From the NCBI RefSeq assembly GCF_018977255.1, contig NW_024704742.1:131752001-131816000 (forward strand): a stretch of 64,000 nt of DNA. Reading direction: 5' to 3'. The first letter of the stretch is position 1, and every line of letters starts with the position of its first letter. The notes below the pieces were generated by a model that was not told where the DNA came from, ran no database searches, and worked only from the letters and a program-made list of their open reading frames with translations. The position numbers were made by a program, and so were the translations under genes. The DNA is from Callorhinchus milii (taxonomy: Eukaryota). Below are positions 1 to 10,429 of the stretch, one piece after another.

Positions 1-1080
1 CCTAGCCTAGAAATTGCCCTTTGCAAATATGAACCTGTGCCCTCCTTTTTTGATTGTCTCCAGGTGTCCAAAAGTAACATTTAGACAGTGCAAGAAAACT
101 CTTGTTCTCAACATCTCTTGACAATGATAGCACACTGTCATCATAATGTTACTTCCTGCAGTCCACATGCATTTGCTAAGCTATATTCGGGACACCATCT
201 GGCAATGACCCTAAGGACCAGAGGTTGCACTATTAAGAAGAGTCAGATGGTATCTGTGGCAGTGATCAAGTAATATGGGATTCAGGGCACGTCCGACTTT
301 TCTTTATTCTGAAAAATATATGAGTGGAGTAAAAAAAGGAGCTCATTCTTGTGCCTCTCTCCTGGGAATAGTCTGTCCACTGACTGCTTTTAGGGGGGAA
401 GAGTCCAAGTTAAGGTCCAATGTGTTGAACTCATCCTTCATGCAGTTCTGTCATTTTGGTGTTTGTAGGGTGGAGGCTGCCACTGCTGAAGAATTCATTC
501 CTCCATCACACCTCCCACACCCCCCCCCACCTCTCGACCACCCCGCATTGCAGTTGAAAATGTAAAGCATTCCTAGATCTGAAATGACATGACTTCATAC
601 TTCAGCACAGTAACAAAATCAAATCTTTAACCTGCGTCCTGGCTTCCATGAGCCAGGGAATGGCTATACTCAATTTATAACCATTGTGTTTATGATATAA
701 CTGCAGGCAATTTATGAAAGATGTATAATTCTCCTTGGAATGGATTCCTTTGCCCCCACAGAATCACATACGTTTCTTTTCTGCAACCGTTTGGAAAAAT
801 GTCTGATAGTATTTAGTTTTGTGTTCACTCTGGTACCCATGGTTCACAAGGGAAGGGGTGCAACACAGTAATTGAGTAAGGGTCAGATGAACTATCAACC
901 CATCTCCCAGTTTGCTAGCCTTTCAGTGTCAGTGGTGATGAGGGCAACTGGGGGTCAAGCTTATTACTGCAGTACCGAGATTTTGTTTTACATCGCCTCC
1001 CACCTCTCCAGTTCAACGGTGCCCAGGGAACAAGATGTGCTCAAATGATGCTGGGATTGTAGAAACATATTTCTCTAAGG
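1..1080 (+). pseudogene. Decayed LRR-LRRCT-(Ig) gene remnant A (5' end outside the window)
   Basis: Frame 1 from base 1 reads VPSFFDCLQVSKSNI*TVQENSCSQHLLTMIAHCHHNVTSCSPHAFAKLYSGHHLAM. ORF 275-565 has TAFRG...LRSNVLN. From 567: AFLDLK*HDFILQHSNKIKSL...LNL*PLCL*YNC...LEWI (LRR then LRRCT-like). A weak Ig start lies near 935-980. Multiple stops and frameshifts. Confidence 0.72.
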
Positions 1081-1129
1081 TTATTGAAGGGAAGTCAAGG
1101 AAGAGAATAGAACTGGAAAATAAAAACAG

Positions 1130-1800
1130 ATGTCAACCTGGTTCCGTTGATAGCTCCCCTCTCGTCTATGCATCATAAGGATGTGGGTTCAAGCCCCACT
1201 TTGGGACTTTGAACTCACAGTGTCAGCTCACTTTCCAGTACAGTGCTGGGATGCACTGCATTGTTGGAGATGCCGTCCTTCAGATGAAACATTAAGCCAA
1301 GGTCCTGTCTGTCTGTTAAGCAAGACGTTAAAGATCCCATGACACTATTCGAAACGAGGAGTCAAATCGTGGAGACCTGTAGCTCAGTGGTTTGAGCACT
1401 TGCCTTGCAAGCGAGACACCTGGGTTCAATTTCAGGCAGGACGAAACCTTTGGCAAGTTTCCTTACTCCACACGCCTAATAATGATCCCTCCAAAACAAA
1501 ACAATAATAAATTGGTCATTTTCAATCCGCGACTGGATTGCTGTGTGCAATTGGCTGCCATGTTTCGCTCACAAATATACGGTCAATTCACTTTACAGCA
1601 TGTTCTGTGAAGCGCTTTGAGACATCTGGAAGACGTGAAAAGCGCTACATCAAATACATCAAATGCATCAAATATAAGGAGAAGAAGGTTTCTCCCAGAG
1701 TCCTGGTCAACAATTCCCTGGATAAAATTGGTCATTCAAATAATGGCCGTTTGTGGGACATTACTGTGTGCAGCTAAACATTACAGTAAAACCTTGTGAA
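1130..1800 (+). mobile_element. Old SacSINE1-like Deu-domain SINE containing a nested younger SINE
   Basis: Degenerate tRNA head (gtgggttcaagcccc), body gttaaagatcccatgacactattc; the body resumes at about 1680 (tttctcccagagtcctgg...gtttgtgggacatt) after the insertion. Confidence 0.8.
1369..1670 (+). mobile_element. tRNA(Ala-like)-headed Deu-domain SINE, young type
   Basis: Head gtggagacctgtagctcagtggtttgagcac with B box gggttcaatttc, Deu core gctgtgtgcaattggctgcc, L2-like tail gtgaagcgctttgagac...aaaagcgcta. Confidence 0.88.
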
Positions 1801-2269
1801 ACTTTTGGATCAATCCTCCCATCACGAAAAGTCTCAAAATGTTTTACAGGATTACTGTAGAGTGTAGTGAGTGTATATTTTGTAGGCAAACACAGCAATG
1901 AATTTGCTCACAGTAATGTCCCACAAACAGCCAGGAAGTGAATGGTCAATTTTAGCTGGGGGTTTGTTGGCCAGGACACTGTAAGAGTCTCTCTTCTCTT
2001 TTCTCTGACTGTATTTTGTAGATAAATATTGTTGTTAGGGTAATCAGTAAATGTTCCCTAACAATATGTGCTAGTTTTTTAATAATAATAATGATAATCC
2101 TTGTGTTTGATATAGCACCTTATAATGTTGTCAATATGTTTCAAAGTACTTCACAGGAAATACTGTAAAGTAAATCGACTGTGTATTTTGTAAACGAAAT
2201 ACTTGAGGCAACTACCACAAAAAGAGTGGGAGTTTTAGTCTTTACAACATGAGGTTTTAAGAGAGTTTT

Positions 2270-2520
2270 TGTTCTTTGTTCTTTGTTTTCGTGCTACATT
2301 GTTGAAATATTAAACTGAGGTAGCAATACAGACTGAGTGTGAGTAACAGATGTTTTTGTTTTAATAGTTCCTTTCTGGGTTGGATCTTAAGAAGAGTGTC
2401 GAAAAGCGAGTCCTTCCTGGCCCAGAAATCAAGGTCAGTGGTTCCTATTGTCCACAAGTTGACCTCAAGTCAGGACTGCAAGTCAAAATGGTCATTGTCA
2501 AAATGGCACAATTCCAACAT
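2270..2520 (-). pseudogene. N-terminal (LRRNT/first LRR) remnant of an LRR gene
   Basis: Minus-strand reading LTCSPDLRSTCGQ*EPLTLISGPGRTRFSTLFLRSNP resembles an LRRNT cap plus LxLxxN. Confidence 0.45.
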
Positions 2521-3359
2521 CTAGATTATAAAGCTTATAATGCTTAAAGTTTATAAAGTATGACTTCAGTTAATTGGATCCATTCCCAATAATTGGCTCA
2601 ATTGGTATTTTAATACATGTAGTTTTTAAAAAAAATCTATTCCTTCAATAATATTCCAAAAGGTCGCTTTGAAGATAATTGCGTGGGTTTCAAAAGTTTG
2701 AGCGAACATTTAATTTGCTTGGATTATTTGTATTGGTCTCCAAGCAAGTAATTTCTTGTGTATATCACTTCTGTCCCCAGTGTCTTCTTACCCCCTGATA
2801 TGCCAGATTTTCAATTTCATTTCATTTGTAGATTCACAAGCTTCAGTGTCGCCTGTTCACTCTCCTGGGTGCAGCTATAAACTGTTACAATTTCTCAGAT
2901 GTTTAGTCACATGTGACACACTTTCATCCATCGGATCATACCATCCTTAATATATTCATGCACATAAAGTGACTTGGTTTGCTTAGAGTTTTCAACGGTC
3001 AGGCTAATTCCTCTGCACAAATGTTGCACCTGCTTGCGCTGCCAAAATATGCATTGAAAATGCTGCACTTGCACCTTACAACACAAAGAGGACACATTGC
3101 AACACGCAACAACTTAGCTGAGAAACTGTGGGTGTTAGCGCTTGTCTCTACATTCAGCTGCGTTAATCACGTTGCGTATTGCGAATTGAGCATTCGAGCA
3201 TCTATGTACCTGAAAGTCCAAATATAGTCTTTGAACCCACAACTTTCTCTCTGAAGGCGAGGGTGCTATCAACTAAGCCAGGCTGGCTGACACACTAAGA
3301 TCCCACGGTGTAATTTGGAAAAAACAGAAGGGAGTTTCTCCAAGTCTCCTGGCCAACCA

Positions 3360-3760
3360 CAATAATCATAATCATAATTCTCGCATTTGATATAGTTTCT
3401 TATCATGTTGTTGAGACGTCTCAAAGCGCTTCACAGAATATACTGTAAAGTGGATTGACTGTATATTTTGTGGGCAAAACTCAGCAGCCAATTGTGTACA
3501 GCAGTGTCCCACAAACAGTCGTAGATTGACCAAATTATTATAATTATTTTTTGGGGGGGATTATTACCCCCTGGAAAGCAATCTGCAAATCGACTAAAAA
3601 GCGGGTTTCAATTTATTACTAGGTAACCAGAGGCGGGTCGGGTAAGGAAACTTGCCTAAGGAAAGTTGCCTAAGGTTTCGTCCTGCCCATGATTCGAACC
3701 CAGGTTCTCTCAATTGTAAGGCGAGAGCGCTAACCACAACACCACAGGACTCCACAACCA
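3360..3760 (-). mobile_element. tRNA-headed Deu SINE
   Basis: Reverse-complement head (gattcgaacccagg...acaggactccac at 3690-3755), Deu core, (aat)n tail at 3360. Confidence 0.85.
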
Positions 3761-4329
3761 TCCCGAAAATCAATAGGGTCATTCACTGCACGGCTGTTTG
3801 TGGGACATTGCGGTGTGCAAATGTGCTGCTGCGTTCGCCCTCAAGTTGCCCGTATGTTCCACTTTGTATTATATCCAGTGATACACTTTGAGACGTCATA
3901 ACACCATATTCATATGTAAGGTTTAAGGATTATTATTGTAAATTCTGTCTTTTGTCTGAAAGACTTGACTTGTCTGAAAGATTTGCATTGGGTTTCTCTG
4001 CTGCTCATAATCATGGCAGGTCTGAACGTGATGTAGTGGGCTGGTACAATTTTACTATCTGGGATATGAAGTATGGCTTCAGCTAATTTGATTCATTCCC
4101 AATAATTGGCTCAACTGGTATTTTAATCCACTGGCATGAAAAATTCACCACTGCATTAATTCTATATCGGAATTTGCAAGCTACCATTAATGTTGACTAA
4201 AGCAGCAATTACGACTGGACTAACGTTTCACACATTATGGTAAGTCACTCTGCCTTTGCAAGGTCCTTGTCCATGAATCTATCCTGCCCTGAACTTACAT
4301 TTCTCTGCTTTCACTCCATTGCCACAGTC

Positions 4330-4560
4330 TTCGCCAAACTCCGTATTTGTGAATGGATCGTGTTCAAGGTCTTCACTTTCACATACTAATCCCTTCACAC
4401 CCTAGCATCTCCCTACCTCTCTGACCTGCTCATACCCACTCTTCTGTACATCTCCTTCGCTCAGGGCCCTAACAAGGGGATGCTGCACATCACCTGACCC
4501 CTCCATACCATCATTGGTAATTGAGCAGTCAGCAATTTCACCTTTTCACCTCCCCTTCCC
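4330..4560 (+). mobile_element. L2 LINE 3' fragment, diverged
   Basis: Similar to the L2 ORF2 C-terminus seen at 44264-44920 (ttcaaggtc...ccctacctctctgacctgctc). Confidence 0.6.
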
Positions 4561-4664
4561 CTTAAACAGTATGCTATCTCAGAGCACCCTATTGCTGAGC
4601 TCCATACTTCTCAATAACATGGGAATCTTCTTCCATCTTTGCCAGAATTTTGAGGTCTAGCTGT

Positions 4665-5135
4665 TCTGTCAGCCTGGTTCATTGGTGGCACTGTCAACTC
4701 TGGGTCAGAGGTTGAGGGGTCTTCGGTGACATTGCATTTCCATGCTGGAGGTGTACTGCAAAGTCAGAACTGCCGATGAGACATTAAACTCATCCGTTTA
4801 GTGCTCTGAGATGCTACCCGAGATGCTAGGTGCTATATAAATGCAAGTTGTTGTTGTAAACTGAGCTCCCGTCTACCCGTTCAGGTGGACGTTAAAGATT
4901 CTATGGCACTATTCGAAAAGTGAAGTGAGTTTCTCCCGGTGTCCTGCCAAATAATCTCCCAAATTAAAAATTGGTCATTCGTTTTTAGGGCTGTTTGTGA
5001 GATACTGCTGTGGACAATTGGGCTGCTGTGCTCGAATGCAAATACACAGTCAGTCCATTTTACAGTATATCCTGTGAAGTGCTTTGAGATGTCCTCCATT
5101 GTGAAAGGTGCTATACCAAAGGCAAGAATTATTGT
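4665..5135 (+). mobile_element. Old SacSINE1-like SINE with an internal L2-tail insertion
   Basis: Head ggtggcactgtcaactctgggtcagagg, body gttcaggtggacgttaaagattctatggcactattc, Deu core and tail; L2 tail gtgctatataaatgcaagttgttgttg at about 4830-4857. Confidence 0.75.
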
Positions 5136-5884
5136 TAAAGTTAATTTCTTTACGGTTTGTTTTTGACTCTATTTCCTTTCAAAAGGGTAAAACAAATACT
5201 GTTTCCCATTGCCTATTACTGCATAGCCTTGTCATTCTATTCACCTTCTTATTATGCTGTGCGATGTACCTAGACATGTGTTGAGTGTAGATATGCATTA
5301 TTCTGGTGTTATAAAGGTGCAGTCTAAGGCTCCACTTCCCAGAACGGATAAAAGGTACAGTTCTGACACTGCGCAGCTCTACTTATCAGTGCAGCACAGT
5401 GTAAGTACAGAGCTAACGACTCAGTCTTCTTTGATACGTACCATGACATATGCTGCGTGTCTTCGAGCAGCAGGAGATGCCAGTATAAGGGGATTTGATG
5501 TCACTGCTCTGTTGCCCCAGCTCTGTATCTACCTGATTGGAAATGTCGCATTGCTGGCTCCCCATGAAGTCATGGGAGGCATTGCAATTATGGCAACAGC
5601 TCAGAACACCCCAAGCTATTACCACAATAATGGGAGTCAGGGCAGAACAAGCAAACCTAATGGATTCTGCAATGTCTTCAGTAAACAAATAGAATGTGTG
5701 TTGAACTTAGAGAAGCCTGGTTGTCTCAACTTTCTGAAAACCTTAGATGTCAGATGTATCTTATTTATCAAAGGTTATTTGCATTATGATTTTGTTTTAA
5801 AACACAACAGATCATGATTGTCACAAGAGCAATACATGCTTTTTAATGCCATTCTTAAAACTGAGTTTTTTTTAAAGAACGTAA

Positions 5885-6212
5885 CAATTGCCCACGAAAG
5901 AAGACCAAAGTCTTCCATCATCCTGGCAGTCACATGCACATGTCATGTTCCAAACTATATACTGTGTCCCGAGATATTATTTTCTAACAGAAATCTATCT
6001 AATTTGTTCTTGACCCTTTAGAATCTTAAAGACTGCAATCATATTGCCTCTCAGTCTTCTTCAGCGTGAACATGCCTAGTTTACCTAATCGTGCCTCATA
6101 GTCCAGTCCCTCCACCCCTTCAAACATTCTGGTTGCCCTTCTCTGTATCCTCTCAATCAGTGCAATATCCTTTTGGTTTTGCGTTGACCAGAACTGCACA
6201 CCTTTGGGGGAA
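5885..6212 (-). mobile_element. CR1 LINE 3' fragment
   Basis: ORF 6026-6232 reads VQFWS...KDIALIERIQRRATRM..GVEGLDYEARLGKLGMFTL, a typical CR1 ORF2 C-terminus. Confidence 0.88.
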
Positions 6213-6219
6213 AATTTTT

Positions 6220-6470
6220 GTCCCGGTCTCAATTTACTCTATTTAGATAGTGTTTTTGGAGTGTCCAGAATTTGGCAAGATTCCCATACATCTTGAAAGA
6301 ATTTATAGAATTATAGAATTTATATCAAAACTGAGGCTATTTCGTTTTGAGATGTCTCGGAGACGTGATAATGTGCTATATCAAATGCAGCGATTATTAT
6401 TATTATTATGTAGGAATTTGCCAAATTTTGGAAGCTCTAAGATAATGCAGAGATAGAGGAAATCTAGAGG
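6220..6470. mobile_element. MITE-like element with imperfect inverted arms of about 60 bp
   Basis: Left arm ggtctcaatttactcta...ccagaatttggcaaga (6224-6282) and right arm tttgccaaattttggaagctc...agaggaaatctaga (6416-6468) are reverse complements; related arms at 8571-8628, 8837-8875 and 22709-22768. Confidence 0.5.
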
Positions 6471-9400
6471 CTATTGAAATTTCTCTCCACTTGTAATAAA
6501 GATATTGGTCAATTTGCATTCTTGATAACTAATTTACCTTAAAAACAGTCACGACGTTTTACAGTGTATCCTGTGAAGCGATTTGAGACGTCCTCCTGAC
6601 ATGGTCCATTATAAATGTAAATTTTATTCTAATAATAGAAATAAACAATAAGGTAGAGCACCTTCCATGTCAGCAGAATGTCCCTAAGCACTTCACATGA
6701 TCATTCTGCCTTATCCTGAAGCTCAATGTTAAGGAAATCCTGGATTTGATGAGATTAATGGGATTTAAATCCAAACTTTCACCCAATCTTAGCCTATTTA
6801 ATGGTTGTGCTTTCAGTCACTATGCCCTGAAACTCTCCCTCTATCCCCCGGCCTTCCCCCACCTTTCTCCATCTTCAGTTGTACCTGAAGACCTTCCTCT
6901 TCGACTGTGCCTACGGTCACCTCCCCCAGCTCGGGGTCATGCTCCGCCAATGTCAAGCACTCTGGGGCACCACCCTGCACTATATAAATGCAAGTTGTTG
7001 TTGTTGTTATAGACCATTTGATCTCAAAACGTAAAATCGCAAGGAAATGAGGAAATTTCTTGAATTCATAAGAACTGTGGGAATGGCTTCCAAATCCAGA
7101 TTGGATTTATGCATTTTCCAGAATTCTGCTTGATCTTAAATTTCACTTTACAGTATATTCTGCAAAGCACTTTGAGACGTCTAGAAGATGTGAAAAGAGT
7201 GATATCAAATGCAAGGATTATTATTATTATTATATTATAAATTAAGATTTTTTTTTAAAAGGGATTATTACCCCCGGAAAGCAATCCGCCAATCAACTAG
7301 GTTCCTACTTACTGCTAGATAAACAGAGGCATGTGGAGTAAGGAAACTTGCCTAAGGTTTTGCCCTGGCCGGGAATCAAACCCGTGTCTTTCAGTTGCAA
7401 GTCAAGTGATCTAACTAATACGCTACAGGATTGGTGTTTGCGGGGGGTGAAGGTGGGGGATGGAGAAAGGCAATGGAAATTGGGATAAAAAAATCTGCCA
7501 CAATCTAATAAAGTGGCAGAAACAGCTCGATGGGCTGAACCTACATTCCTATAAATCTTAGTTTGAAAAAAGAGCCTCTTGAATATATTATGTAAACTAA
7601 TGGATGGTTTGGGAATGAATTACAGACATGCATGAAATCTTCCACTGACGTGGAGTTTGTATACCTAAAACACTGGCATGAAACCAAGTCTTGTGATTCA
7701 TCTTTGCTTGTTAAGTATTCTCTTTGTAGTATTTAGTGGTATCAAGCCTTCTGTGAAGAAGGGGTGGCAATGGCTTGGACTTAGTTCAGCTCTACTGGTC
7801 CAACACTGTGCAAGTATTATTTTTTTGTGTGCGAATCACTCTTAATTATTAATTGAAAATGTTAAGCTAGGAATTAACATTTTCCACTCTTTTAATAAAT
7901 GTTATTTGATTTATAAACTGCTACTTATTCCATTATATTCGCGGTGATTCAGGAGGATTAATTTAAATTGTGGGAGTGTGGTAATTGGCTTCATAGAAAT
8001 AACAGGTCCACATTATCCACATTACAGCTTGAAGGTAGATACTGTGTTGGAGGGGGCATGTTAAATTGAGCGTTATTAATAATGACTTAATCTTGGGCAT
8101 TTTGTTGTTAAATAATAATGATGCCGTTTGATGTAGCAACTTATCACACCATTGAGATATCTCAAAGAGCTTCACAAGATGTATTGTAAAGTGTTGTAAC
8201 TGTGTATTTTGTGGACAAACCTGGGAACCAATTTGCACACAGTATTGTCCCAGAAACATCCATGACCAATATTATTAGGGGGATTGTTAGCCAGGAAAAC
8301 AAAAGAAACTCCCTTCTCGTTTCAAGTAGCACCATGAGATTTTTAACATCCATCTGAACAGGTGCCTTGTTTTAATGTCTCTTCCGAATGATAGCACTTC
8401 CAACAATGCAGCACTTGCCCTGCATTGGAGTGTCAGCCTGGACTGTATGGGTTTAAATTGATTCACTTGCTCTGTGAGCTGGTGAGGACTTGATGGGCCA
8501 AATGGTCTTCTCTTCATTGTAAATTTATATGGTTCTATGTTGATGGATACAAATATGGGGTGCAATGCCACCTGGGTCTCAATTCACTCTATGTACCATT
8601 ACAGAATGACCAACATTTAGCAAATTTGTAAATAGAATAATAATCATCCTTGCAATCGATATAGCGGCTTAACATTGAGACATCTCAAAGCTTTCACAGG
8701 ATATACAGTAAAGTGGATTGACTGTGTATTTTGTGTGCAAAACACACTTCGTGAGAAGAGCCTTAATTTTGAGCGAATCTTCAGTAGAACGTTTAAAAAA
8801 AACACACAACTTCAGCATTAAGATTGAATTCAACAGTTTGTCGAATTCTGGAAGCTCTCTAATGCTACTATTCAGAAATATTTTGTTGGGAGATATGATG
8901 ATAATGGTAATATAAATATAATAATCCTTGCATTTGATATAGAACCTTATCATGCTTTGAGACATCTCAAAGTGCTTCACAGAACATACTGTAAAGTGAA
9001 TTGACTGTATATTTTGTGGACAAAACATGGCAGCCAATTGTGCACAGCAATGTCCCAGAAATAGTCATAGATTGAAGTGACCAATTTATTATTGTTTAAA
9101 AAAAATCTTTTTTTTTACCCTATTACCCCTGGAAAAGCGATCCACTAATCGACTAACAACCAGGTTCCTACATTTCGCTCTGCCAGGAATCAAATCAAAA
9201 ATTATACAAAAATATTTGATATTTTTCTATTCACGAGGTGATCACTAACAATGTACCTGCAATATGTAAAAATGGTGTTTCTATAACAGTGGAAATGTGT
9301 TTTATTCAATAGGTAAATTTTAAAACTACGCTGCATACAGCAGAGCAGCAAATGTATATCCATGCTTACCGTATCACTGGAGCACAATTGAGACCTGATC

Positions 9401-9869
9401 ACATTTCCTATTGCATTTGCATTCTCAGAAATTTGCTGGCTTCAGAATTCCAGGTATGTAGAATCGACCTCATTAATCTGATCCTATTTGTCCTATAGAA
9501 AAGTGTCAGATTACGGAGGTTGCAGGATAAATGAGGAACATTTGTTTTCAAAAGAGGCCAATTACTCATTCATGCCCACCTATGCGCAAATACAAATCCC
9601 CACACAAAACAGATATTGACATAATACTCTCCAGTCACTGAATTATGACTGTGCTGTAAGACTCACACGCACATTACTTTTTTTTAATGTTTTATTCTGA
9701 ATTTCAAAAAAATATTTACAGCGCATTTTACATTGTGTAGTACGCATGACACACTCACACACACTCATGTTCATACATGCGCACACTCACACACACCCAC
9801 AAAGTCACGCTTGTATACACACACAAACACACACAAAATTGAGTTCCATTCTGCATTATGTACAATACC

Positions 9870-10305
9870 TGGCTCTGTTGGCAGCACATTTGCCTCTGAG
9901 TCAGAAGGGTGTGGATTCAAGTCTCACGTCGGGACATGGAGATCGAATAGTCTTGGCTGAACACTCAAGTTCAGTGTAGTGCTGGGGGGGTGCTGGGTTG
10001 TTGGAGGTGCCATCCTTTGGAATGAGATGTTTAAGATGAGGTCCCACCTGCCTGTTCGTTTGGGCATTAATGGTTCCGTGGCCCTATTTGAAAAAGCAAG
10101 GGAGTTTCTCCCGATGTCCTGGCTAGCAATTCTCCCAGCAAAATTGGCCATTCACCTTGTGGCTGTTTGTGGGGCAATGCTGTGCAAAAATTGGCGTCTG
10201 GGTTCACCGTTAAAACACACAGTCACTGAACGTGACAGTATATCCTGTTAATCCCTTTGAGACGTCCTCCTGACATGGGAGGCTCTGTATCGAATGTAAG
10301 ATTAT
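9870..10305 (+). mobile_element. SacSINE1-like Deu SINE, near full length
   Basis: Head ggcagcacatttgcctctgagtcagaagggtgtggattcaagtc, body, Deu core ggctgtttgtggggcaatgctgtg, tail gagacgtcctcctgacatg. Confidence 0.85.
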
Positions 10306-10429
10306 CTCATAATCACTGCTCGTAATGCCAAATTTATTGCCTATACTATTGACTTGAGTGCCTTTTAATGTAAATTTAGTGTCTGTGCAGTTGACTGATG
10401 TTCGCATACTCTAAAGATGTTTCTAGGAC

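Larger units (their letters stand above)
5400..9400 (-). pseudogene. Decayed LRR-Ig gene remnant B, split by SINE, CR1 and MITE insertions
   Basis: Pieces in order: 9390-9202 IYLLNKTHFHCYRNTIFTYCRYIVSDHLVNRKISNI; 8105-7560 MPKIKSLLITLN, ISMKPITTLP, INQITFIK; 7135-7015 SNLDLEAIPTVLMNSRNFLISLRFYVLRSNGL; 6800-6700 LGESLDLNPINLIK; Ig at 5690-5400 EDIAESIRFACSALTPIIVVIAW...SDIKSPYTGISCCSKTRSICHG. Confidence 0.65.
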
